Shown here one piece after another: positions 16,301-26,700 of a DNA stretch of 28,031 bases. A program made the translations under genes and the position numbers. The stretch comes from a virus (taxonomy: Duplodnaviria; Caudoviricetes). How positions within the stretch are numbered: the stretch's first letter is position 1; each line of letters starts with the position of its first letter. The notes under the pieces are model-generated. The model searched no databases. It had not been told where the DNA came from and worked only from the letters and a program-made list of their open reading frames with translations. The DNA lies in the IMG/VR virus record IMGVR_UViG_3300017735_001469, positions 1 to 28,031 of that record. The stretch is one strand, 5' to 3'.

Positions 16301-18247
16301 CAACTCACCATCGTCGTCTGCAATAAAATATCTTAGACTTTGTCCTGCTGTTAAATCTCTGTCAATAGCCTCTAACTGAAAGTCAACTATACTGCTATCT
16401 AAAATAAAATAAGCAATATTAAGTCTATCTGGAGGTGTTGTACCGTAAGCAGCGTTAACTATTTCCCAAATATTTTCGCTATCATTATAGACTTTTATTT
16501 TAAAATCAAATGTATCATCAAATATATGTACCCATATCTGATCTTCAAATGGCGATACCGGCGGAGTTTTACTTACAACATAATCTAGTGGTCTCCATAC
16601 TAATGCAGCTTCGTCCCAATATTTTAAGATTAGATCTAATCCGTCGTTGCTTTTGTTGGTATTCAACCAAAAGTCGTCTATGTTTGGATTTGGAACAGAA
16701 TCTGATAAAACCAATGTTTTATTATTACCTAATATGCCCTGTATCTGTGTTGTGTTTATTCTATACCAGCGTGTATCAACTTTATACCAAAACTGTTGTA
16801 AACTAGAAACATACGCATAGTCACCACTACTTCCAGTTTCTCTACTTGGAATAGTTTCATATACATCAACATCTTGCACAACCCATGCAACAGACCCGCC
16901 TACTTGCGCATCAACAATATATCCTGACGCACCTGCTAGGGCCGGATTGTCTTGTGCCGGTGTATTGCCATCTTGGAATATGCTTCTAATAGTAGCGAGC
17001 GATGGCTTACTAATAACTGGAGCAATCCAAGTGTTGTGGAAAGCATAACCTAATGGGTTATTTGCTTGTATGCCAGACTGTGTACGCATGTCGTCTGTCC
17101 ACTCTGGAGCAAGGCTTCCGCCATCCCATAATTCTGTGTATTCAAACATAGCAAAGTTTAATAAGAACAAATATTCTTTTGCGGCTACTTCAAATGCATC
17201 TGAATTAGTTTTCCAATCATCTGCTGGACTTTGATAACCTGATGGATCCCACTTGCCTGCGTCAAAGGCTTCTTCCATTGCCGCATACAAATCGCCTGAC
17301 TGCCAATCAGCTGCTAAGAACTGGTATAGTTTTATATCATCTGCAGGTAAACCATGCATGTGTAGTGTATGGAATACGTGTTCAATAACTTCTTGTGCGT
17401 CTATATCGCCATCGCCATACCCATCACCTGTTGAATTCAAATACCACACCATGTCATTTTGTACGTGTGTATCAAACAAGTTTGTTAGATTCCAAAATGT
17501 AATGCCAGCATCTGTTAAAAAGTTTGTGCTGTAGTCTGCACCGGCACCTCTTGCTACTCTTTGTATAGTTGGCAGTCCTGCGTGATAAGTTCCTGTGTCA
17601 CCACTTAATGTTTTAATTAAATTTCGTTGGAATGTTTGATTAATACCTGCGCCATTTGGATCAGTAAACAGCTCAAACATACGTGCTACTTTTTCTAGCC
17701 ATGCATCCGGAACTGCTGTTTGCCCACCTACTGTGCCAGCACCCATAATTCTTACACCGTTGGTTGTAACTTCACGTTTGAAGAAATCACTACCATCGCC
17801 GGTAACATTACTAATTGCTCCGTTGTTGTATTCTGGATCAGCTTCGGCTCCACCTACAACTTTACTTTCGTAGATGCCCCACTCGGTATTCAATGTGTCG
17901 ACCCAGTATTGATTTCTAAAACTTCTAGTTAATCCTAGCTCTCCTTCAGGAGTTTGCCATACAGGAGCATCTGCTCCTTCTACTACGATTTTATAAGTTC
18001 TATCAGCAATACCGTCATTACTAGTTGCTCTTAAAACAAACTCAAACTCGGTAGTTTTACTAACTTCAACTGCAACGCCTTTTATACGATAATCATTAAT
18101 ACGAAGACCTGTCGGCAAAGCACCGGATATTAGTGTAACTGTTATACCACTTGTTTCTTCTAGTGGTAGCACAATGCTAACATCAGTTCTTTCTTGTATA
18201 CTTGCAAGTTCTGATCCTGATAGTTTGGTCCAGATTGGTAATGACAT
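13361..18247 (-). CDS. Large virion/baseplate protein (1628 aa) with repeated putative Ig (He_PIG-like) domains and an inserted zincin-like domain
   Basis: Four G.LP.GL.+...G.+.G...Y.F.+ repeats (ISGALPTGL, GELPPGL, LPPGLVLD, GKLPNGL); located among tail genes. Confidence 0.75.
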   Translation of the reverse strand: MSLPIWTKLSGSELASIQERTDVSIVLPLEETSGITVTLISGALPTGLRINDYRIKGVAVEVSKTTEFEFVLRATSNDGIADRTYKIVVEGADAPVWQTPEGELGLTRSFRNQYWVDTLNTEWGIYESKVVGGAEADPEYNNGAISNVTGDGSDFFKREVTTNGVRIMGAGTVGGQTAVPDAWLEKVARMFELFTDPNGAGINQTFQRNLIKTLSGDTGTYHAGLPTIQRVARGAGADYSTNFLTDAGITFWNLTNLFDTHVQNDMVWYLNSTGDGYGDGDIDAQEVIEHVFHTLHMHGLPADDIKLYQFLAADWQSGDLYAAMEEAFDAGKWDPSGYQSPADDWKTNSDAFEVAAKEYLFLLNFAMFEYTELWDGGSLAPEWTDDMRTQSGIQANNPLGYAFHNTWIAPVISKPSLATIRSIFQDGNTPAQDNPALAGASGYIVDAQVGGSVAWVVQDVDVYETIPSRETGSSGDYAYVSSLQQFWYKVDTRWYRINTTQIQGILGNNKTLVLSDSVPNPNIDDFWLNTNKSNDGLDLILKYWDEAALVWRPLDYVVSKTPPVSPFEDQIWVHIFDDTFDFKIKVYNDSENIWEIVNAAYGTTPPDRLNIAYFILDSSIVDFQLEAIDRDLTAGQSLRYFIADDDGELPPGLKLSEDGKISGIVDPLLSLDVNDTTGYDTGEYDTVPLDLVVLDDDGYDSYFYDTTFYGFSTPTRRPTKLNRKYTFTVTVEDDTSFSKREFGIFVVGDDFLRSDNTIMKAATGLFTADNTYLRKPIWLTSGNLGVKRAENYVTIFLDVYDPNSLLGEISYNQQPFNDDGTPSVLPPGLVLDGITGELAGTVPYQPAVNKEYKFTIEALRQEVDSNDVVEINAGVYEDTLTGNSQIKINKLPINRDDGVDDLLSLIEENIVIDNLSYTIRSVNGDNSEYDLLNLSRPLEPTYKAKRIKTAYNNAIGQDYIYILDDGDNRVAAWKNKTLNYSASEVYVLVDNDKQNIPGTTITRKWHTMIRYTIDAGDSAGSLDLDYSVANIADTGDYVADFETWLAGAGIDTTYLYKRVSATSTQLVFDIPRNSIVENTIMNQNLFHTDDSVYGNLEINRGQQFFKVFLDNTLQRTFNLSNILDEQSGPQITLGVFKDTLITKKIGVTNVDTISTIKTFTVNILGEVDSTVTWITDPNLGTIPANRTSYLQLVANTTLVGSNLRYDLVGGKLPNGLTLKRDGEIVGKPNQYTTGTTLGLTTIDNRNTTFDNSTTTIDRKYVFKVLVRDLFGYSNSIQEFTLNVTDTDDKVYSNVFIKPFLKPAQRTVFNDFINDYTIFTPENIYRPYDENFGLKKDLTTLVYAGIESKNLANFVASTALNHKRKRFVFGELKSAVAKKEGTNEVLYEVVYVEITDPQQPTKGNTAVSITSPSANDLKINQVKLEIKDDGSAVETGLDSFIITMREGDPVKIAATSGSVPVATRSGEVSITALGQLEIVLRTGLVVVVRSSSTTTSGSGNPFRFRPNTNVLSVDNAGVKASQTQNVKRFISNIGNMRKRIADIGANDRQFLPLWMRSSQTTTGQELDYITAMPICYCKPGTSQTIIENIQNAKFDFTQLDYDIDRYIVDRTENNENQQFILFSDYKLNV

Positions 18248-18257
18248 TTATATCCCC

Positions 18258-18959
18258 TTACAAAGCTTCGTCAAATGTTGCGTTACTATTTCCAAAATCA
18301 GCAGTGCCATCTGCAGGCGAAAATACATCTTGATTTGTACCAAAGTCAACATCTATTGATTTCAAAATAAAATCAATAATACTAGTTCTATTTCTTGTTA
18401 AATCTCCAAAGTCCCATTCAAATGCTTGTTCAAGTTCTGCCATGGTAATATCATTAAGAGAAGTAATATTGGTAATAGCATTATTATTAGCATCTAGTGT
18501 TGCACTCAATGTAGGAGCAGTTTCTCTTGAAAGCAAACTGTCTATTGTTATACTAGGAGCAACACCTCCTGCTACTGTTGCTTGAGCAGCACCGGTACCG
18601 TTAACTGTAATAAATGTTGTTGGAGAAACAACAGCACTTGTGGTTCCATCAGTTATTCTAGTATATGCAGTTGCACTAGCAAAATAAACATTATTACCAT
18701 CATCACTAATACGTATGCTCATTGTATCTGAATACAACGGATCAACTAATAGTTTTCTAAACTGGAATACATCTGAGACTTCTTGTGCAAATACTCCATA
18801 ACCAGCATCGCCGATGTTCGCAGCAGTGATATCTGTAAATCCTGCAACTCGTAAGTCTAGTTCATCAAAGTTTTGATTTACCTTAATAAATGCTTCTCGT
18901 AAATCATCACCTGTGCCGTCGTTAGCAAGTAATCCTACATTAATATCTTGAATAGCCAT
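18258..18959 (-). CDS. Baseplate/tail-associated protein with T4 gp9/gp10-like N-terminal motif
   Basis: INVGLLANDGTGDDLREAFIKVNQNFDEL resembles the T4 gp10 N-terminus (INIG...DDGTGD.LR....KINENFDELY). Confidence 0.75.
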   Translation of the reverse strand: MAIQDINVGLLANDGTGDDLREAFIKVNQNFDELDLRVAGFTDITAANIGDAGYGVFAQEVSDVFQFRKLLVDPLYSDTMSIRISDDGNNVYFASATAYTRITDGTTSAVVSPTTFITVNGTGAAQATVAGGVAPSITIDSLLSRETAPTLSATLDANNNAITNITSLNDITMAELEQAFEWDFGDLTRNRTSIIDFILKSIDVDFGTNQDVFSPADGTADFGNSNATFDEAL

Positions 18960-18977
18960 GTTAGTCTCCGTTTTATA

Positions 18978-18985
18978 TATTTATC
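18978..18985 (-). promoter_or_regulatory. Late-promoter-like motif GATAAATA
   Basis: Intergenic, upstream of the GGAG RBS and ATG 18959. Confidence 0.65.
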
Positions 18986-18996
18986 AGAAACTAGTA

Positions 18997-20361
18997 TTAT
19001 ATGTTTGACCAACTTGTTCCGTCAAATACTACAACATTACCAGCAGTTAAATCCCATGCTAACATTCCTTCATTAGATCCTTCTGCTGCTGATGGTAAAT
19101 CAGCATTTTCAAATGCAGGAAGCTGTAATCCAAGTGTTGAGTAAAATGCTGGAAACGTTAATGCACCAGCCCCACCACTACCGTTATCGCCTACATATCC
19201 GTAGAATGCACCACCATCATAGAATATCTGTCCTGCTAATGGCGATGTCGGTGGCAATGTGATTGCTAATAATTCTAATCTGCCGCTCTCAATCTTAAGA
19301 GCATTGTTTGATCCTGGATTTACAGAGATTGTAGAAGTATTTGTTAAAGAACCAACTCCTACAACCGTTGGCGCATTTAATGTAGTTGAAGCTGTTACTG
19401 TATTTCCAGTGATAGTACCTGTGGTTGCACTTATATTTCCGCCTGTACTAAAGTTGGATGATGTACTTGTAATACTTGTTAAAATGTCAAGTGTTTCTAT
19501 ACTTACATCTTTTAGTGTATTTGTGCTTGTGCTTGTAGGTGCTTGATTAAATGCATCTGCTTCGATTGCAACACTACTAGTTGCACCTCGTCCGGTGACA
19601 GTTTCGAGTGTGTCAACTTCTGCACTTAGCAACCCAGTAGCATCGAATGTTAATGTAACTTGTCCAGCAGAAGGCGTGGCTGTAATTCTACCACTGCCAA
19701 TGACATCGCCTTGTTGTAAATAGTTGGCTGCATCAATCACAGCAAGAGTTGTGAACTCGCTGTCGTTGTTTAGCAAACTGATATCTGAACCTGCTGTTAG
19801 TGCATTTGCTGGAGTAAATGTAAATGTACCAGCAGCATCATATATCAAACTACCTTGTCCACTTGCTGGATTGGTTACAACACTAAAGTCAGCTAACCCA
19901 ACTCCACCAGCTGCTGGCGACGACTGCCAAGTAAATCCATCATAAGTTAGTACCTCATTCAACACAGCATCAGCAACATTAACATCGCCAATATCATCAA
20001 GATTATCGATTTGATTTAGAACAGGTTTGTTGAGAATAAAAGCAGCACTTCCAGTATCTGTTTCAGTCCAGTCACTTTGTATTTGCGGAACAACAGCATT
20101 ACCATTGAGTGTTAGAGATGTTGCAGTCATTGTGGTTGCTGTTAGTGTAGATATTGTACTAGCACCAGTAACATTTAATGTACCGCCTAACGAAACGTTT
20201 CCGGTAGTAGCCATTGTACTACTACTTAGTGCTCCGCTAACACTTAGACTAGTTAGGTTGGCAATACCTACACTTGAGAAATCTAAGCTATCACCGCTTG
20301 GTATTTCTTTTAGTCTATTGCCGTCTGTAGTATCTACTATTAGTGGAAATCTATTTGCCAT
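18997..20361 (-). CDS. Tail-fibre-like virion protein (454 aa)
   Basis: Thr/Ser/Gly-rich beta repeats, QSDW.......+I.NKP and L.DI.DV.......+L.YDG..W fibre motifs, C-terminal G.+.+D.....+..FDG.SW module. Confidence 0.7.
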   Translation of the reverse strand: MANRFPLIVDTTDGNRLKEIPSGDSLDFSSVGIANLTSLSVSGALSSSTMATTGNVSLGGTLNVTGASTISTLTATTMTATSLTLNGNAVVPQIQSDWTETDTGSAAFILNKPVLNQIDNLDDIGDVNVADAVLNEVLTYDGFTWQSSPAAGGVGLADFSVVTNPASGQGSLIYDAAGTFTFTPANALTAGSDISLLNNDSEFTTLAVIDAANYLQQGDVIGSGRITATPSAGQVTLTFDATGLLSAEVDTLETVTGRGATSSVAIEADAFNQAPTSTSTNTLKDVSIETLDILTSITSTSSNFSTGGNISATTGTITGNTVTASTTLNAPTVVGVGSLTNTSTISVNPGSNNALKIESGRLELLAITLPPTSPLAGQIFYDGGAFYGYVGDNGSGGAGALTFPAFYSTLGLQLPAFENADLPSAAEGSNEGMLAWDLTAGNVVVFDGTSWSNI

Positions 20362-20383
20362 TATTACATCCTGTTCTTTTTAA

Positions 20384-20391
20384 TATTTATC
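20384..20391 (-). promoter_or_regulatory. Late-promoter-like motif GATAAATA
   Basis: Intergenic, about 23 nt upstream of ATG 20361. Confidence 0.65.
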
Positions 20392-20412
20392 GTAATCAAC
20401 TTATACGCCATT

Positions 20413-20712
20413 TTAAAGTGCTGCTATTCTTGTTTTGAAGTCTGCAAAGTCTGCACTTGCTGCTACTTCTGTTTTTAAGTCTGCTAAACTTACATATCCT
20501 GGAATAATACCGTTTACAGCATCTACTAACAATGTACTATCGTCGGCAAACACACTACCTTTGATATCAGTTGTAATATCGCCATCTTCAAGTGCTGTTA
20601 TATCTGCATATAGTTCTGTAAAGTTTTCGTTGATTTTAACCATAGCATTGCGAAGGGGATCTCCCCCTCCACTATTTGCAGCTGAACCTACATTTATTAT
20701 TTTTTGTGCCAT
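20413..20712 (-). CDS. Minimal virion protein (99 aa): gp9/gp10-like anchor plus a short fibre repeat and C-terminal helix
   Basis: INVGSAANSGGGDPLRNAMVKINENFTELY, DIKGSVFADDSTLLVD and ASADFADFKTRIAAL; TAATG-coupled to the giant tail gene. Confidence 0.75.
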   Translation of the reverse strand: MAQKIINVGSAANSGGGDPLRNAMVKINENFTELYADITALEDGDITTDIKGSVFADDSTLLVDAVNGIIPGYVSLADLKTEVAASADFADFKTRIAAL

Positions 20713-23700
20713 TATACTCTCCCTACTACTACTTCGACAATACCACGTTCGCTATCATCTTTGGTTCCAACTGCTTTACCAATAACTTGTCCGATACTTG
20801 GTGCATTGTTGACAATAGCATAACCTGGTACAGCACTTGTAACAAGCATGTCTCCTTTAGCAACCTTACCAATAACTTTACAAGGCACTCTACCTTGTAG
20901 TGCTAGTCCGACAACATGTTCACCTTGTAGCGCACTATTCATCAAGTGTGCTGGATTTGTTGTTACAACACCTGCTGCACTTGTTTGACCTTTTGCACTA
21001 CATTCAGTAACTTCTTCATCGCCGCCGAACACTAGTACTGTTCCTGGCTCGTAGTCTGCATCTCCTAAATAGTTCTCTGCAAGGTCAGCATATAGTGCAG
21101 CAGTTGCTTCACCATTGAATGTTGTTGCCCAAACAGTGTTGTATCTATTTGTACTACTACCAATACTCACACCATTGTCTGAGCCGCTGTTTGCTGGACC
21201 GACTATGTTACCAGTGTGTGTAATACTACCAGTTATGTTGATACCAACTGTTCCGTTAATAGTTCCGCTTGTAAATGTTAAGCCAGTTAATCCTGATAAA
21301 CTTGTTGACGATGCACCAAGAGCAATACTTGTTGTGCCAACTGTAATACTACTATTTGCTAGTTCAGTGTTTGAAACACCACCTGTTTTAATGCCAACAA
21401 ATCCAGTTGTAGTTTCAAAGTTTGCATTATCAAAACTTGCTATACCTTTAGTAGCTGTGCCTGCTGTTGCTGCTGCTGTAGCATCATCAAGTGCTAGTTT
21501 ACTTTGTGCGATTGCAGCACTAGCATTAACATCGTTGTCAACAATAACACCACTATTAATATTTGCTGTAATGCTATTGCCCGATGTATATGTAAGTCCA
21601 ATATCGCCAGTTACTTCAACATTTACACTTTGTTGATTAGTTCCTACAAATGCTAAAATATTGCTAGTGATTGGAGCGCCTGTTCCTGTAACAGTCACAT
21701 CTCCGATATCATTTAGCTCATCTGTTTTTTGATCAACATATTGTTTTGTTGTAGCATCACTTGAAGCAGTTGGTGTTCCTAAGTTAGTAATACGATTACT
21801 GCCCAAGTTCATGTCACTGTTCATAATGGTTTGACTAAATCCTGGACCGCCTAAACTCATTACGCCTGGACCAATAACTGTGCCGCCTGTAGCGCCATCT
21901 CTATCAAAGCCTAAACGTTGATCAATATAGCCTTCTGTTGCTGTTTGTGTTGGTACTGCATCACCTTTAGCATCAGTAAACGTATCGTCGTTGCTAAACT
22001 CGTTAACACGCACACCACGTTTAAAGCCAATACCGTCAATGTTTGTAAGAACAAGTGCAGCGTTAAATGTAACACTACCAGTACCTTGGTCAACTGTAAA
22101 GAATCTACCTACACGGAAGAAACCATCTTGGTCAGTAAGTGTGGCAAATACTCTACCTTTATTACGTTCTTGTACTTGTGCTGCACTTGCATTACCAGTA
22201 CTGTCAATAGCATCGCCTGATGAAACAGGACTAAATCCAAACGGTGAACCGTAAATACGTTCTGGATAGTTACTGGTATTAAACCCGCCAGTACCAATGT
22301 CCAGCATATCGTGTCCTGTTGCTCTGTTGGTACTGATGTTAACAGTAATCTCTGCTGCTTCGCCGGATGCCAATCCTACTTTTAGTGTTATGCCGCCACC
22401 GTTAACTAGTGTTTTAGCAAGTCCAGCATTTAGCGCTGGCCAATGAATATCTGTATTTGCAACATCAGAAATCTGTACTACAGCAACTTGAGCTGTGCCA
22501 CTGCCGCCTGTGTATGAATATTCTGCATATGCATCTATTTGATAAGTTTTGCCACCCCATGTAAAGATCATGTCAGCATTTGCTATTCGTGTTCTTTCCG
22601 TCTCATCTAGTTGTCCTATTACAATAAATCTACTACCGTCTGCGCTTGTAGTTGCGGCAGTAGCACCCATGGTAACAGTTGCACTTGGTGTAGCAGCAAG
22701 TACAATATCAGTGTAGTTTGAATCTACAGTACTATTGGCATTAAAGAAACTTTCAGTAGCAGTTATTATACTTTGATCAACACTTAAATCAGTGTATCTA
22801 AAGTTGCTATCAAATGTTACCATACGTTGGTTAGCCTCTGTAGTTACTCCATCTGTGATTTGATTACCGAATAGAATAGTACGATACACATACTCTGTAG
22901 TATCTTGCGTGAAAGTAAATGCTGTACTTGGACGAGTTGGCAATTCTTCTGTACCAAAATCATCAAGCAAGAAGTTTTGTTTATGTCGTATCACAAGTTT
23001 AGTATCGTGATCAGTATCTTCTTGTAAACCATTTGATGCTGTTCCTTCAAGTCCAGTACCAAAGTTTAACTTCCATACTTTACCATCACGTACAGGAGTA
23101 CTGTCGTCAAATCTAGGAGTACCTGTTACACTAACTGCACCTATTACTCCACCGTTAACATCAGTTGTTGTAATAGTAGCATCGTTAGTAGGTGTAGCAC
23201 CACCAAGTAATGTACCTGGAATAATGATTGTTTCGCCTGCTGCGCCTGCGCCTGATCCGCCGCCTGTAATATCAACACTATAGTTGTCGCTGCGTGTTTT
23301 CTTAACTCTAAAAATAGCAGTATCCGCAGTATATGTACCAGTGAGACCTGCTGCACTACTTGTATCAATCTCATAACTACTTAATGTAAAACTAGCATCA
23401 CTAGCATTGGTTATTTCGTATGGTTGATATAATCCAGTATTGTGTAGGATTTCAACTTCACTTACGTTATGAGGATATTCTTCTAAATCATACACATACA
23501 TAAACAACGAGTCTTCTGGTGCATCGTTGTCTAGTGTTGTAACTGTTGCTGGAATGCCAACATTTGTACTTGTAGGCGAAGTAATAGTTCCTGTTGTGTT
23601 GAATGTTCCTGTTGTAGTATGCACATACAATCTAGTAGGATCTCCACTGCCATCTTCTTCGCCTGTGAAACTTAAGATACCTGTTGCATTTGCTGCTCTT

Positions 23701-26700
23701 GTTGCTGTACCACCACTAGTGTATGCAGTATTAGTTGACGAATCATATGCACTACTAAGACCAGTATCGGTATACAACGTAAACGTGTTAACATCTTGCA
23801 CATCTACATAAAACTGCAATCCGTTTAGTTCAGTCATGCCAACTACATCAGCTATAGTAACTAAATCTGAATCAGTTAGTCCGTGTCCAGTTGCAGTAAC
23901 CGATGCCGGGCTTGCTTGTGTAACGGCAGTGATAGTAGCATTAATCAAACCTTGTGTAAGTGTTTGTCCTGCACTAACGTTGCCTGTTGACGGGACAGCA
24001 GCAGCAAAATCTAAATATCCATCTGCTCTAAATGTTTTACCAGGGAATACCATATTGGCACCTAGTGTAACATCAGTAGCAACTTCATCAGGATCAGCAC
24101 CTGCAGAAACTAGTCCGTAGATACCGTAACTGTTGTTACCACCAAGACTACGTATTTGAGAACCGTCTAGTGCAAGATAACCAGTATGGCAATAATATGT
24201 AAACATACTAACAAGTTCTGATAGTGCGTTGTTAACACATAATGCACCAAAACCTAAATCGTTGATTTGTGTAAAGTCGTTTGCTAACATACTTCTGTTA
24301 CCACCACTTTGTACAAATATATCAACACCAGTACTTCCAATATATCCACGTCCAACTACAAATGTTTGAGCAAGTCCGCCTCCTGTGTATGTACTAAATG
24401 CACTTGTATTATAACCTGCTGTTAAGCCTACATCAGTATATAGTTCAACTTCATTTGGGTTAAGTGTTGTCTTAACATATAATGTAGCACTGTTTATTTC
24501 AATCATGCCATTAACATTACTGATTGTAACACGATCAGCATCTGAATACGGATGAGCAATAGTTGTGCGCATCACAGCGGTTGCTGCTTGTGAGATATCA
24601 TCAATATCTCGTGATGTACTATCACTAGGGTTACTAGTTTCATCTAATATGAAAGTAGCAGTTCCGGCAGCCTTGTCATATGCAGAGATTGTATTAACTT
24701 GATATCTGTCGCCATTAATAAAGAATGGAAACGGTGTTGGCGGTCTTCTTACAAATAGACCTTGATCAGTTGGTGAGCTTACGCTAATACTAAATGCATT
24801 ATTTACAGTATCAATAGTTGCAGGCATATTACCTGCATATCCATCAACAAACAATCCGCCTGCAAAGTTTCTATTTGTGCCTTTAGACTGTGCAAAACTC
24901 GAACCTGTTTGGCAATAAGGAGAACGTGTTAGTATTTGACCTTCTGGGTCAAGTACCATCATAAATCCGCCTTGTCTTTGTACAGTAATGTTTCTTACAA
25001 TAGTACCATCGTTACACAATAGTACATCCATTTCACTGTTGTTTAATGGAGGGTTGTAGTTTACATTATTAAAATATGCAACACAATCAACTAATGCATT
25101 AGCTTGTGTGTCTGATTCGGTTTCTGCTGCATAATCTTCATCAAATATTTGAGTAACACTACCTGTTCCTGAATATCCATTGCCCGAATCGTTAGCTAAA
25201 ATATTTGTTATAATAGCTTTTAAATTTGTTATTGCTGCGGCAGTTTCAGTTTCTTGTCCTGCAACTGCGCCTGTATAATATGCGCCTTGGTTTGTAAGAG
25301 TGTTTTCTCTTCCGCCTACACGCAAATCTTTTACAATGCCGTCAACAATCAATCCAGTGTCTCGACGACACTTAGTTTCGTTGTATACTAAACTAGGATA
25401 CGTTGCATCAACGTATTCAATAGTTTCTTCTACCAAATAGTCTTTGTTAAGTTCAATCAACCTTGCAGCGTCTTTAAAGTTTCCAACATTAGCTGTAGCA
25501 TCAGTTCCTACGTCTGCTATTTTACTAGGATCTGATACATAATGATATCCATATTTTCCTTGCTTTCCACTAACTGGGTGTGTAAAGTGATATCCGCCGC
25601 CTGTAGTTGCAATATCAAATGTTAAATCTGCTGCACCACCAGCGCCAATCTTACTGTCATTAATAGTTATTGTTTCGCCAACAATAAATCCGTCGCCGCC
25701 GCTTGTAATAGTTACAGTACAGGCGCCGCCTGATAAAACAATAACTTGGAATGTAGCTTTTACACCAGAACCATCAGATCCCCAATCATCTACTCCTATC
25801 TGATATGTTCCTAGTACACGTGACGCATCAGCAGCAGACACATTTGTTAATGTTGCAGCCGGCGAATATGCTGATATAAGACTATCAGTTATGATATCTC
25901 TATAGAAATATGTATGATTCCATTTACTCTGTGATACACCAGGCTTTGGACGTAGCACAACTCGTCTAAACTCGTCACCTTTAATACTTACGTTTTCAGG
26001 TAGCTTGATAGGCAAATGTTCATAGTAAATGCCACTTTCGATTCTTACCGTAATTTGGTTGTTGCGTGTTCGATTACCGTATTCGAGTTCTTCACCCGGA
26101 ATAAACTCTATCGGTTCAACTAGGTCAACTACTACACTATCAGTAGTAACACTTGCGCTACGAGTATAATCTGTAATAATACCTTTTGCGCCCGATAACT
26201 TTCCTACAATGATTTTACCTTCAATGAGATCAGGATTGCCTTCGCCACCTTGGTCAACTGCTGGATTTGTACCATTAGTAAACGCAACTGTATATCCTGC
26301 ACCTGTAGCTGCAAGTGCTACATCAGTTCCTGATAAAATGTCAATAATTTCATTGAAACGATCTGTATAGGCTGTAATAACATTTGCTGCGATTGTACCC
26401 GGTGTTGCTGTATTAGCGTCATTAAATGCACTAACCAACTGCGCTCTAACAACAGCAATAGATGCTCGTGTGGCTGCTCCTTGATCTACTTGTGCTTTGA
26501 TTGCACTTGGGTTTGCATTATATCTTAGGCCTGCCCAACGTGATAGATAGTTTACTGTTAATCCTGCATTAACATCAAGTCTTACAGAATCAATCATTAG
26601 TTTTACATCACGTTTACAAATTTGTATATCGTATGTTAAGTCTGCAAAGTTAACTGCAATGTAACTTTGTACAAACTCCTGTATTTCATTTGTGTTAGAC

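Noticed and set aside
16900-17850. Insertion in the baseplate gene as an intein or homing endonuclease
   Set aside because: There is no N-terminal Cys/Ser block, no terminal His-Asn and no LAGLIDADG/HNH motif.
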